A stretch of DNA of 63,627 nt, filler included, from Octopus bimaculoides (Eukaryota): NCBI RefSeq assembly GCF_001194135.2. It is 6 parts of 5 records of this genome, joined end to end, with 100 filler letters (N's around TTAATTAATTAA, not from the genome) between each part and the next. Parts side by side here need not be neighbours in the genome. Positions count along the whole stretch, not along the records: positions 1 to 29,663 come from NC_068986.1; 5 more parts are not named here. One strand, written 5' to 3'. Made by a program: the position numbers and the translations under genes. Shown in pieces: positions 13,336 to 26,777 of this stretch (within the stretch, counting starts at the first letter, position 1; each line of letters opens with the position of its first letter). The notes beneath the pieces are model-generated. The model was not told the DNA's origin, ran no database searches, and worked only from the letters and a program-made list of their open reading frames with translations.

Positions 13336-14831
13336 GAAATAATTTTGTAATTTTTAAGCTATTTTAATTTATGTTTGGCACATCAATTAACATGGAATTT
13401 TGATAGATTTTAATTTCGATTACTTTAAAACCAGAAATTTGAATTAGAGAACTAGGAATACACTCAGATGAGTTAGTCTCAAAAGAGTAGCAGTGCAGGC
13501 AGCTCTGAAGACTCTGTGATGGAGGAATAATAATAATGATAATAATAATAATAATAATAATAATGATGATGATAATATTAAGTAAAAGTAAAAATATAAA
13601 CGAATTTAACTGTTAATATTGTCAGTGTAAAATAATGTTAATCATTACAAGTAATTTGAAAGAAAATAAGCAGGTCTTTATCAGGTCAGCGTCTCTGGTC
13701 TGTCGCTCTTTTCTAACTTAAATTGGGGGTTGTAATATACCTAATTATCAGTTTATATCCATATTAATTAGTGTGTGTGTGTGTGAGTGAGAAAGAGGGT
13801 CATCTATGTATGATATTCTCATAATGTCAATTAAATGCACACCATGTGTTGCTGTGTGATGTTCACTGAAAGACTGAGGTGGCTTGTGTGAAACTATGCT
13901 TGTGCACCCTACATACATACATTCACACACACACACACACACACACATTCACACACACACATATTACTTGTACATCCACATATTCACATACACACACTGA
14001 ATAATTCTTCCCTCTCCCATTACAAATCTATATTGAGCACTAATTACATCTCTGAATGAAAAACATAAATACATACATATGTATGTATTTTCCTTGTTTA
14101 TTCAAACTCTTCCTTTATGTCCTAATTTTGCTATCCTGTTTTTATTATTAACTTAATTATCAAGTTCAACATAATTGTGTGTTTGGTCTAAACTCATTGA
14201 AATGCTCTATATGTTCATTCATTCGTCCATATATTCATTTCTACATACATGCCTGTGTAGATATGGAGTTCATTTTGTTACTCATAGTCTCAAATTCTAT
14301 ATTACAGTGGCTTTGAGTAAGTGGCTTCAGGTTTGTATGGAAGCCTGCAGTGAGTACTGTTTGTGTGTGTATGAGTGTGTGTGTGTCTATGAAGGTTTAT
14401 ATTCCAATTCTTTGCATGAAAGCCTTGAGCAATACAATAACATTTGTTGGCATTCCTTGCTAACAAATCATCTTGTAGCTCTATACTTCCAAAGATAAGT
14501 GTTATAAAGAATCTGTCATTTGAAAAACTGATAAGAGTTAACAACTGGAAGGACATCTATCTTTAAAACTATGCTTCACTATGCACTTGTCCAAGCCATG
14601 CTATCATGGGAAGATGGCAAAACAAAAAGAATGAATATATATTGCTTATAAATCTAGGACACCAAATGCACGTACAACTTTATACTCGTTATTATTGGAA
14701 TAGTTGCAAAATAGTACTGGCTTGCTTGGATTAAAGTATGGTTGAGCTTAGATCTTATAGAGAGAATTTAGCTCCTCAATCCATGTTACAGATGACAATT
14801 GCCAGACCTTCAGGTCTGGCAATCATATGAT

Positions 14832-15153
14832 TTAACTCTTTCATTACTAACCCGGCTGAAACCAGCTCTGGCTGAAACCAGCTCTGGTTGAAACCAGCTC
14901 TGGTTGAAACCAGCTCTGGTTGAAACCAGCTCTGGCTGAAACCAGCTCTGGCTGAAAAACCAGCTCTGGCTCTGAGTACAAATGTCTTGTTTTCATAAGT
15001 TTTGAATTAAAATTTTCCATCAAACCATAGTCACAATTTGTGTTCCTAACACTAGCTGAATGATAACCAAGTTATTTTACTAAATTTTTTGTTATATTTA
15101 AAGTAATTGAAAGAAACGCAGAGTATCTCAAAATAAATACAGTAACTAAAGGG
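14832..15153. mobile_element. piggyBac-like MITE containing a 16-bp tandem expansion
   Basis: Starts TTAA-CTCTTT and ends AAAGGG; homologous along its length to 52133-52358. Confidence 0.55.
14858..14971. repeat. 7 x 16-bp tandem repeat GAAACCAGCTCTGGYT
   Basis: Units start at 14858, 14874, 14890, 14906, 14922, 14938 and 14954 (the last has 2 extra A). Confidence 0.95.
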
Positions 15154-15282
15154 AGGGGGAATAACAAACTATTTTGTCTGACATTCTATTGATTTTGCTA
15201 TCTGTATATGTATTTATATATACATATACAAATGTGTGTGTCTATATATATATATATGCATGTTTGTATATGTGCATATATC

Positions 15283-15435
15283 TGTGTATGTTTGCCTACA
15301 TATGTGTGTGTATGTTTGCCTACATATGTGTGTGTATGTTTGCCTACAAGTGTGTGTATGGTGCCTACATATGTGTGTGTATGGATGCCTACATATGTGT
15401 GTGTATGGATGCCTACATATATGTGTGTATGGATA
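15283..15435. repeat. ~24-bp minisatellite, ~6 copies, (TG)-derived
   Basis: GCCTACATATGTGTGTGTATGTTT, with the unit end changing to GAT in the distal copies. Confidence 0.85.
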
Positions 15436-15461
15436 TACATGTAGGTTTGTATATTTGTTGT

Positions 15462-15828
15462 TGGCACTCTGTCACTTATGACGTCGAGGGTTCCAGTTGA
15501 TCCAATCAATGGAACAGCCAGCTCGTGAAATTAACGTGTAAGTGGCTGAGCACTCCACAGACACGTGTACCCTTAACATAGTTCTCGGGGATATTCAGCA
15601 TGACACAGTGTGACAAGGCTGACCCTTTGAATTTCAGGCATAACAGAAACAGGAAGAAAGAGTGAGAGAAAGAGTACATCAGGGTTCGCCACCATCTCCT
15701 GCCAGAGCCTTGTGGAGCTTTAGGTGTTTTCGCTCAATAAACACTCAGAACGCCTGGTCTGGGAATCTAAACCGCAATCCTATGACCGCGAGTCCGCTGC
15801 CCTAACCACTGGGCCATTGCGCCTCCAC
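15462..15828 (-). mobile_element. tRNA-headed SINE (family D), near full length
   Basis: On the minus strand, A-box TGGCCCAGTGG and B-box-like GGTTTAGATTCC; body shared with 11690-11965 and 53975-54252. Confidence 0.85.
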
Positions 15829-16540
15829 AGGTTTGTGTATCATTGCCATCATTATAATATCCATTTTGTTTTCCATGCTTGTATAGGTTGGGTGGTCCTC
15901 TCCTGCATCTCTTTAAAGTTTAGTTTTCTGAAATTGGCCAGTATATGTTAATGTATACTCCTTTCACACTCTCACAGACCTACCTACCCATCCAGCCATA
16001 CTCAATTCTCTCTCTCTATCCATACACAAATACTTCATCTCCACTATCTTGTATCTCTTTCCTACTTGAGCCATTGTACACATGGCACAAAGTCACCTCT
16101 CTCAATATTACTCCTTCCCACTCTGTTAAGGGGTCTTGTCTTGTTAGTTACTTGGTGAGTCTACTCGTGCTAGTGCCATGGAAAAGCACCCAGTACACTC
16201 TGTAAAGTTGTTAACATTAGGAAGGGCATCCAGCTGTAGAAACCTTGCTAAAGCAGCCCTTAGGTTAGTTGGATCCTGTTAACCCAACCAACTCATGCCA
16301 GTATGGGTCATGATGTTAAATGATGATGATATGTTTATGAATATATGTATGTGTGTGTAGGTTCATATGTATATTTGTATGTATATGTATATGCATATAT
16401 ACTGCACCCTGATTTAAATATTTGCATGGGCATGGCTGACTTGTCTAATAGTTAGTGATGGTCTCCTACGGACATGATTGGACAGTTGTCTTGTATATAT
16501 ATATATATATTTCATTCATTCATTTATTTTTATTTTCCAT

Positions 16541-16730
16541 GGTGGCACGTAAAAGCACCCCCTTCACTCTCTAAGTGGTTGGCGTTAGGAAGGGCATCCA
16601 GCTGTAGAAACTCTGCCAAATCAGATTGGAGTCTGGTGTAGCCATCTGGTTCACCAGTCCTCAGTCAAATCGTCCAACCCATGTTAGCATGGAAAGCAGA
16701 CGTTAAATGATGATGATGATGATGATGATG
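16541..16730 (+). mobile_element. SINE/RTE-tail repeat (family C) ending in (GAT)n
   Basis: TTGGCGTTAGGAAGGGCATCC..GTCCAACCCATG.TAGCATGGAAAGC.GACGTTAAA.GATGATG. Copies at 17140-17293 (+), 9062-9150 (-), 29595-29663 (-) and many degenerate ones. Confidence 0.8.
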
Positions 16731-17725
16731 ATATATATTAGATGAAAAGGTTATTGAGGTATTGTTTCATAACGTATCTTTCCTGTCATCAGCACTTTAC
16801 AAGTCAAGGATATGGTATTTTATCACATGTCTGCAAAGGCACAAAACCAACATGAGGCAGGGAGTGACAGCAACATCACTATCTGTAATTGAAGGATTTT
16901 TGGCAAAGAGCAAATGTAAATAAACACACATTACATCTCTGCCTATTTTATCAGTTAATCTGTTTACTGATCGATTGATGATGGCTTCTTTTCAGTTTCC
17001 ATCTGCCAAATCCACTCACAAGGCTTTGATTCACTCTGGTTTATGGTAGAATGATGTTAGCACAAGCTGCTGTGCAGTGGTACAGAATCTGAGACCATGT
17101 TTTTGTATTGTGAAGCAAACCTAACCATACAGCTGTGCCTTGGCGTTAGGAAGGGCATCCGGCTGTAGAAATTCTGCCAGATCAGATTGGAGCCTGGTGC
17201 AGCCTTCTGGTTCACCAGTCCTCAGTCAAATCGTCCAACCCATGCTAGCATGGAAAGCGGACGTTAAACGATGATGATGATGATGATGATGATTTAAATT
17301 TATATATAACAAATTTAGTTTAACTGTGGAATGAAAAATAGCAAGTGATACCCAAGATCTTCACAATACATGCAAATATCTAATTGGAAAGATAAATGAA
17401 ATGAGATGGTTGATGCTGGAATGTGATTGCTCATAGATTTGCTTGAACAGAGCAAAGAACAACAACAGTATTAATAGCAAGCATATGGTGTTTTTGACTG
17501 CAACACCACAGACACTACTAGCACAACAATCACAAGCACTACCAACACCAACACTACTATACAGCTCTGCCACAATAATCCCTACCATTGTCCCCACTGT
17601 TATCACCACTCCATCACTAACCACCACCACCACCACCATTGTCTCTATCTACACCACCACCACCACCACCACCAACATTGTCTCTATCTACACCACCACC
17701 ACTACTATAACTAAACACTATATAA

Positions 17726-18244
17726 CAGTGGTTTCCAAACTTTTTAGAGACTTGACCCACTATTTATGACACCAGTTTATGGCAACCCACTTAACTCTAC
17801 TGGGTAAAAACATTAATGAAAGACACAAATTTATTTCAGATTACATTTTCATTGAGGTCTGTGAGAAGGCCTCATTTATATTAAATGTGAAACAAAACGT
17901 TTTATAACTGTTTCAAAGTCTCTATACCCTATGGGCACGTATTAATTCTAATACAAAACCTAGAAGCAGTAACTCTATAAATAGGTAAAAACAGACTTTT
18001 CCTTTTTACGATTACGTACGAATAAATATCTTGAGAAAATGACCACCTCTGATTTGTTAAGTTCGTGAAAAAAGCCTACTACTTGATAAAACAACCAGTC
18101 TGGTATTGAAAACATGAGTCTTGAACTATCTCGATAGACAGCAGTTAATCGAAGCTAATGCGTAATTTTATAAGTTTTTGCGACCCACTAGGATTCCGTT
18201 CACGACCCACTGATGGGTCGCAACTCATAGTTTGGGAACCACTG
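17726..18244. mobile_element. Non-autonomous hAT element (519 bp) with intact TIRs and 8-bp TSD
   Basis: TIRs CAGTGGTTTCCAAACT / AGTTTGGGAACCACTG; TSD CTATATAA at 17718-25 and 18245-52; subterminal GACCCAC motifs at both ends. Confidence 0.92.
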
Positions 18245-19169
18245 CTATATAACATTCAAACCAATGAAACTACCTGTTGTGTGATCACTTGATCTACTCA
18301 ATAATAGGAGCTAAATTCTCTCAAATCACATTCCTGCTGCCTTAAAAACGATGGACACATTTGATGATGTCTTAGACATACAAAAGGACAAGATTTGTCA
18401 TTGATATAAAATGCCTGTGACCTTGGGGTTGCCTAATTAGATTTGACTTAGAGCTAAACAACAACTACCACAAAAACAACATGGTACTGTTAACTACACC
18501 ACTACCACCATAATCACCTTCTCCACTAAACACCATTATCTCCATGAGCCAATAAAAAAAGCTTCTATGTAGTTAGTCACCTTGTTAGAAATAGCAACCA
18601 AATCTCCCCTAACTTACACTATACCATCTTAGAAAAGGACACATTAGATCACATGGTCCCGGATTTCATCGTGTCTTATAAAAAAATATAATCAGGATGG
18701 GCACCGAGTGTCTTTGGTTACATAGCTTGTCTGTTTGGACAGGGCTAACCAGAAGTTAAAAATGACAGCAATGACATGAACAATGATCTCTAACATTTAA
18801 CACCAATGCCTGGGTCTTGAGTCCTTTAGCAGGGATTATTCTGTTGCTAACATTGGGGCTAGATTTTTGGTTTGGGGATAACGGCCCTTTAACTCTTCAT
18901 CTTATCAGTCTCAGAAGCTCTGTAAATAATCATTAAGTGCTGCACTTCCATTTTTGACTGAGCATTGAAAAAAAGAACCTACTGAAACCACCACCACCAC
19001 CACCACCACCACCACCACAACTACTACTACTATTGCTGCTGCCACCATGATGCTACCATCACCACCACTACTACTAGTAGCAATGGTTATAACATCACTG
19101 ATTATCATGATGATTAATACAAATTTCAACATCCACTCCCAGAAACAAAAACAATGTTTATATATATAT

Positions 19170-19225
<56 letters not shown>

Positions 19226-19737
19226 AACAAAAACAATGTTTATATATATATATATCGACTTCCTCTTCCTCGCTTGTCATACTGACTCCATGACTAATAA
19301 ACAACACCAACACCCTTTTTTATTTCCACATCATCATAATCTGTAAACATCAAAGAAATCCCACCTTTATGTGATGAATTCCTGATATATTACATTACCC
19401 ACCACCACCACCACCACCACACACATATGTACATGTAGGTATGTATGCATATAAATGTACATACACATAAACATGCACATCGTTATCATCATTATCATTT
19501 AATGTAACCCAGCAAACTGGAGGGTTGCATCAATCTTCAATGTGTGCTTTGGTATGGTTTCTACAGTTGCCGCTTTCTCTAATGCCAACTACTTTACAGA
19601 GAGTATTGGGTGCCTTTTTGTAACACTGATACTGTGCGTTTTGCCCTGTGCAATACACCTTTGATAATCTTTGATAATCTGCCTGTTATCCCACTACACC
19701 TAATGTGTGTCTACACTGGGCATAACTTATGGAATTT

Positions 19738-19972
19738 CTTATTTCTTTATTGCCCTCAAGGGGCTACACACAAAGGGGACAAACAAGGACAGCCAAACGG
19801 ATTAAGTCGATTATATCGACCCAGTGCATAACTGGTACTTAATTTCTCGACCCCGAAAGGTTGAAAGACAAAGTCAACCTTGGCAGAAATTTGAACTCAG
19901 AATGGAGTGGCAGACGAAATACCGCTAAGCATTTCGCCCGGCGTGCTAACGTTTCTGCCAGCTCGCCGCCTT
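19738..19972 (-). mobile_element. SINE family 1 copy
   Basis: Reverse complement of the 33698 copy over ~230 bp. Confidence 0.85.
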
Positions 19973-19974
19973 AT

Positions 19975-20450
19975 GGAATTTCTACCAACCCTTTTTCTGT
20001 TGACAGAAATGGCCATTTCCCTGATGCTATAAGTGTCATGTTTTCTTTAAGGCCCTTCAGTTCTTGATTCTACTTCCATGTCTGGAATTTCAGCTTCAAT
20101 GTCTGTACAGATACTTTTGTAAGAGCTTAGTCATCAGTTCATAGGAATTCCTATGGGTAACTGGTCATAAATATCTTTGTTATAGCTTAGAAGATTATAA
20201 TGAATTGAGAAGTGAGCTTTGATATACTCCTGCCTATATACTAAATTCATCACTGAACTCATTGCTGATTTCCACTGTGCTGACTTCCTCTAAGACATTC
20301 ATCTACTGCTACTTTCATAGGGACAACCAAATTGCAGTAGGAGGCTGTCAAAAGCCTTCTCCAGATTAATGAATGCTAGCTCACTTTTAGCCATGCACTT
20401 CTCTTGCTGTTGTCTTACAGGGAATGTGGCATCAGTGGTGTCTTCAAAAT
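19975..20450 (-). mobile_element. Degenerate RTE LINE RT fragment
   Basis: TTDATFPVRQQQEK..LAFINLEKAFD, P*EFL*TDD*AL (YADD region), LKGLKEN, SGKWP. Confidence 0.75.
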
Positions 20451-22299
20451 TCCAAAGATCACCAAAATTCCATTAAAATCACTCTCTTTGTCCATATCTG
20501 ATCCTAAGGGATTTTGATGATCTCATCATTATGTCCCTTCTTTACCAGACATTGTACAAGTAACAGCAAACTCTTTTCTTCAGATTTGTGGGTATTGTGG
20601 TTGTCGGCAGCAAAAATTGAGCAATAAAAGAATAAATAGATAAGCCTGAAGCTAACCTGATTCTTAAGTTCATACATCAACTCAGTAGGAGTGTCAAATT
20701 CCCATCTTAGAATTGTGTATTTGTCTTTCCTTTTTTAACGATAACCTCATTAGTGTATATGAAACTCTATAATCAAGGTATGTATTTCAGTGGGTGTGGT
20801 GAAAATTCTTTTAAGTGGAAATATCTATCATTAGAAACTTCTTTAAATAAGCCCTTATTTTTATGTCCATTCAGCAAAAATTTAGCTCTGGAAATGCTTA
20901 GAATTACAAAAGTTCTTGTCAACACCAACTATAAAAAGGGTAGGTGAGGTGACAGAGTCCTGGGAATGTCAGATAAAATATTTCGTGTTATTTTTACTTC
21001 AAGTTCAAATCCTTCTGAGGAAATTCTCAGTTCAGTATGTCACCCTCAATAGGATTTCTGTTCAGTGTAAAGAGTATGAACAAATACTGCAAAGCACTTT
21101 TCCCAGTACCCTAATAATTCTGCCATTCCAGTGCCCTTCAATAATAGACAAAAAGGATCATAAAAGAATCTATTATTACCACAGCAAAACTGCCCCACCC
21201 CAATTAAAAGAACACACTTATTAACACTGATAAAACTCTAGATTTATTCAATAAAATAAAAGAGCTTCTATGAAGTCATTTGACCTGCTAGAAATAGCAG
21301 CTAGGATTTTCTCAACACATACCTTCTTAAAGCAGAAAAAAGAAGAGGGAAATATTGAATAATTTAGTCTGAGATATAGACTATGTCTGCAAGCAAAACA
21401 ACCCACACTTTTAAATTTAACAAACTCTCATCAAGTGAACAGGCTGGGCTATATGGTTAAAAAGTTTGTTTCTTTACTTCATGCTTTCAAGTTCAGTCCC
21501 ACTATTTGACACCTTGGACAAGTGTCTTCTATTATAGCCCTTGTGAGTGGATTTGGTAGATGAAAACTGAAAGAAGCTGATTGTGTGTTTGTATGTGTGT
21601 ATAGAGGTTTTGACCTTTGGTTGTGTGAAGGATATAAATGGGCATGCTCTGCTTACTTAGATGAGTCAAGTGTGAAGTACATTTACTGCCAGAGAGAGCT
21701 TACATAAAACAAGCTAATTTCCAACCAGTTGGCTAACTTGTTGCCAAATGGTAAAGCATCCTGTCTTGTAGAAGGTACCAAGTTGTAGAGGGGGAGACAT
21801 TGCTTAGTATGAATGTAGATTCACGCTGGGTCATCGTTATTAGACATCTGTCAAATGGTCAGAAAGAGTTAAGATTAACTACTTATTCAGCCAAGTATGT
21901 AGTCATCTTCAGTGGTGGCTTCCAAAGTAAGATAAAATTTAATGTGTTAATGAATGAGTATAAAAATGAAACTACTGATGGAGGTCATCTCGATAATTCA
22001 CTTATTTACTTTTATAACTTGAGGAGAAACGCATGAACACTATGTAGGTTGAGATAAAAGACAGATATTGGATTGTGATTGGTTACCATAAGGAGGAACT
22101 TTTATATTGTGATTGGTTGTGCAATTAGTGAGAAGAAATTGTACTCTGGCTACTCTGTGTACATGAAAGATATGGCCGAACCTACGGTTATACTATAGAC
22201 ATCAAAAAGATTACTATAATCATGGCTACATTACAGACATGAAAGATATACTTGTTTTATATTTATTAATATATTCATAGTAGTTAGAATGGTGGACTG

Positions 22300-22515
22300 A
22301 CAGAATCACTAGAACTCTCATAAAAAAAAAGCCAAAAAGAAAACACCTTGCTGTATTTCATGTTCTTTTCAAATTCCCTCTGAATTAACTATGCTTTTCA
22401 TCTTTATGGGGTGGGGCCAATAAAATAAACCTTGCCCGTGGAGTAGAGCAGATTTAATTGACTCTTCCTTTCCTCATAAACTGTGGCCATGTGCCACATT
22501 TAAAAATCATTATAT
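22300..22515 (+). mobile_element. Highly decayed, CpG-depleted family 1 SINE
   Basis: GACAGAATCACTAGAAC, TTCAAATTCC, TGCTTTTCATCTTT, GGCCATGTGCC..TTTAAAAATCATTAT. Confidence 0.45.
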
Positions 22516-24219
22516 CTAATGTTGTTAAGCCATACCTTATTATCAATGATCTTTAGATTTTTTTCCTTTTAATTAATATTTTTCTCACCTCTTAAATTAA
22601 TATTGGTTTTTCTTTCCTTTTAATTAGTATTATCATTTGTTTCCCTCTCATTTTTAATATTGGTCTTTTTTACTTCCTCAATTAATGCTTTTTGTTTTCT
22701 TTGTAATTAATATTAATTTTTAATTTATCATTTTTTATTAAATATCTTGCTTGGTAATAGTTCAAAGTTAGCAACAGGAAGAACATCCAACTCTAGAAAA
22801 TCTGCCTCAACAAATTGTGCTTGATCCACATGAGCAAGGGAAACTTAACACTTGTATTATTGCAGAGTGCACAGACAGGGCTCTCTCTGCTCACACTCCA
22901 ACAACTTTGGTATCATCTCTTATGATGCTCATAGCTATGTGATGACACCACTCATCACTCTTCCCTAACCTTCTACATTGAGGCACCATATACATGTAAC
23001 CTGTATGAACCAGTAAAAATCATCTGTATGGTTGTTTGGCTAGGTATAACAGTCGACTCTCTCTCAGCTCACACACTACCATCGTAGTAAAGAAAAGAAA
23101 AAAGGAAAGGTACATTAGATAGTGTAATTTTAGGCACACAAAAAGAGGGGATTCTCAAGACCAGATTGCATTTATCATAGTATTGTAGCCCTGAACTGCC
23201 AGACTGTATATATATATATATACATGTGTACATGTGTATATATGTATGCTCGTAAATAACACGTAAATGCACGTAAATAGCACCATTTGAGCGTCATTGT
23301 TACCAGCGTCGCCTAACTGGCACTTGTGCCGGTGGCACGTGAAAAGACATTCAAGCAAGGTCGTTGCCTGTACTAAGTAGGTATAAACACATGAACAAAT
23401 GAATAAAAACAAATTAAACGAACGTGTATAAACAGGGGATACAGATAATGCAGGCACTCCCCATACACACACACACACGCACTTACTAAACATAGACACA
23501 CATAGGGGGATACGCATGCACAAATAAAGACACATACAATAGGAATACAAAATACAAAATGGCTGATCGTTAGTAAGGAAAGAAGAAAGCAAAGGACCAC
23601 TGATGAGGTCATTGTATTCCTTATTGAATTCCTTCCAACCTATGCAAGCATGGAAAAGTGAATGTTAAAACGATGATGATGATGGTGATACTGTTGATGA
23701 TGATCATGTTGGTGATGATAATGTATAATGGTGTACTTTGATGAAGCTTTTTACACTGCTTAAAACTAGTTTAGTATTACTACTTCATTACTTTTTAAGT
23801 AGTTAATGACTTCAAATAGTGTTTTTTTCTTTTTTAATTTGAAAGAAATAAAGTTTCTATTAAAATAAAGTGTATTGTTAACCTGTAAACACTCAGTTTG
23901 AATTGTTATCTGTACAATTAACTACAATAAAACAATGTATTTAAGTTTCTCTTTTCCCACTTGTCTCTTTTTTACTCCCTCTTCCTGTTACACACATGCT
24001 TGCATATATANNNNNNNNNNNNNNNNNNNNNNNNNNNNNNNNNNNNNNNNNNNNNNNNNNNNNNNNNNNNNNNNNNNNNNNNNNNNNNNNNNNNNNNNNN
24101 NNNNNNNNNNNNNNNNNNNNNNNNNNNNNNNNNNNNNNNNNNNNNNNNNNNNNNNNNNNNNNNNNNNNNNNNNNNNNNNNNNNNNNNNNNNNNNNNNNNN
24201 NNNNNNNNNNNNNNNNNNN

Positions 24220-24254
<35 letters not shown>

Positions 24255-25799
24255 AATCTTGAAGCCCACATAAAGCTATGAATAACAGCATTATGCGTGC
24301 TTTTTGTTCCACTATTTCAAAAAAGAATTATTTCATGTTCTCTTAAAGGCCTTTAAGACTCTAATGACATCATGTGTGTGTGTGGGCACATGCACACATT
24401 CAGTGCATACATACCCAACCTTGTGTATATATATATTATCATTTTAACATCTGCTTTTTAATGCTTGCATAAGTCAGATGGAATTCATTGCAACGGATCT
24501 ATCTATGGCCAGATGATCTACCTGTTGCCAACCTTCTGTTTTCAAGTAAAGTGACATTTCTCCGTGACCAGACATGTTTCAACGGAAGTCTGGAAATGAA
24601 TAACACTGCTTGTGTGACTCTGGAATTCATTTACGGCTGTCACGCATTGTCAGGGCAAGGAGAACCACACCCACATACACATACACAATTAATACAACAG
24701 GCTTCTGTCAGTTTCCATCTACCATAACCACTCACTAGGCTTTGGTTAGTCCAGGGCTATAGTAGTACACACTTGTGGAAGGTACTGTGCAGTGGAGCTG
24801 AACATGAAACCTCATGGTTGGGAAGCAAACTTCTTAACCACAAAGCCACATCCACACTTCATAAACTAAAGTCGTCCGTATTTATACTGTTCCACACCAA
24901 CTGAGTTTGCCTAATATGTTTCAGAGGATGTCCTTTTCTTTGTCTGAAAACATCAGCTTTGTAAGATTATTACAGAAAACTTTAGTAACACAATGTGCAC
25001 ACGGGTGTGTGTGTGGGTGTGTTGCTGATGAATGGTGGGTGTCATATATTCCAAAGCAGAACAAATTTGTAATTTACACAAGATTAGCTGCTATTTGAGA
25101 TTGTTAGGATATGAACCCTGACAGCACGACCCTTGGAAAGTTGTTAATTTAGAACATATAACCTTTAAAGCCAATACAGGCTTGCCACTGAGAGGGGTAA
25201 TATTGCTGGTGGTAAGCTATTATTTACATTGTCTTGTAATTATCTATGGTAAAGTATTGCCAATGACTGGGTCGCTTACCGAATAATGTTATTCCAGACA
25301 ACCATTTTTTCCTATCCTCCTCATCTCCACTCACTCTGGCACTCTTCTAACACATAACAACTAACTGTCTTCTTTCTCTGCTTTACTGTTTCTTTACTTC
25401 TTACTCATTCACCTCCCTTCTTTCTCTCTCTGTTTCTATATTTTATTATTAATTGATGGAAGTTATAGAGTGACTCAAGGGCCACATGAAATTCCAGGCC
25501 TTGTGTCACTCTGTAACTTACAGCAAAAAAAATATATACACTCATGTTTTAAGTTCTATTTTTTGTTTGTATCACCAAACAAACCTATACACACATGCAT
25601 GTATATGTTTTTTCATCATCATTATTATCATGTTTTCCATGCTGGCGTTCATAAGCACATTTAAAAATGTAAGAGAACTGAAATTTAATGTGTAGTAACT
25701 CAATGTCTCTGAGTGAAAATATTGGTTTATTTAGAAATTAAGTGAGCATGCTCCACTGGATGCAAAATGTTTGTATGTGTGAACAACAAAGCACTGATG

Positions 25800-26020
25800 A
25801 GCCAAGAAAAAAAAAATGAATATAAAAACTGGCTACAGTGTGCAAGATAGGAGATTGGGTTGGTATAAGCATGTGATATGAATAGAGGAGTTCAGTTGTA
25901 TGAAGTGCTGAGCACTGAAAGTGGATGGAGACAAGAGAGGCCAAGAAAAAGAAACACATCTTATAAAGATGACAAAGGACTATGACTTGTGGTGAAATAC
26001 TGTTGGAAGTGACCTGCCCA
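25800..26020 (+). mobile_element. Highly decayed RTE C-terminal/3' remnant
   Basis: WYKHVI*IEE..KC*ALKVDGDKRGQEKK resembles the RTE WFGHV.R..GRPKKTW tail. Confidence 0.45.
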
Positions 26021-26744
26021 CCTCATACAAATATAGAAAAATGTATGTAAAATGATAATGGTTTTAGTGATTAAGATGTGTAATATTTGCATTAGGATGT
26101 ATAATATCTCTCTTCTATGTAGCAGGGATATGATAACCCTCTGTTGTTGGTAAACAAATGGATGGACAACATAAGTTAGGAAGGATTCTTTTGTGTAACT
26201 GAGGACAAGACAACCTCTGGTGTTAGTGCTATAATAAAATGCATTCAATATAGTCTGTAAAGCAGTTGTTGATAGAGAATGTGTAACAGCTTCTTCGGTG
26301 TTGGTACCATAAAAAAATGCTCAAAGTACACTCTGTAAAGTGGTCAGCAATAGAAAAGTTATCCAGCCCTAGAAAACATGCCAAAATGATTGAATGTTTG
26401 TGCAAGACATGGTGTCTGACTTGTCTAGGACAATAACAATCTGCCAGCATGAAAAAGTGAATGTAAAAATGATGATTATCAAAATATTCACATAAACAGA
26501 GCATAAAATGCATTTCATCATCATCATCATTATTAACATCATGAAATGTGTTTGTATGGGCCAGATGGAATTTGTTGAGGCAAATTTTCTATGGCTTGAT
26601 GCCCTTCTTGTTGCCAACCCACACTTGTTTCCAAGCAATGTAATATTTTTTCATAGCTAGACATGTTTTACACAGGAGAATAGAAATGAAGAGCCTCCCT
26701 TGCATGATGATAATGTTCATTTACAACTATCACATGTTAAAGGT

Positions 26745-26777
<33 letters not shown>

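Noticed and set aside
14858-14971. Regular short repeats as a possible CRISPR array
   Set aside because: Units are contiguous with no spacers, inside a eukaryotic MITE.
15740-15828. tRNA-like sequence
   Set aside because: A and B boxes belong to a SINE head; it lacks a complete cloverleaf and continues into a repeat body.
20791-20830. GCGENSFKWKYL and IAGG (25204) resembling GALNT motifs
   Set aside because: Isolated short matches with wrong flanking residues and no exon structure.
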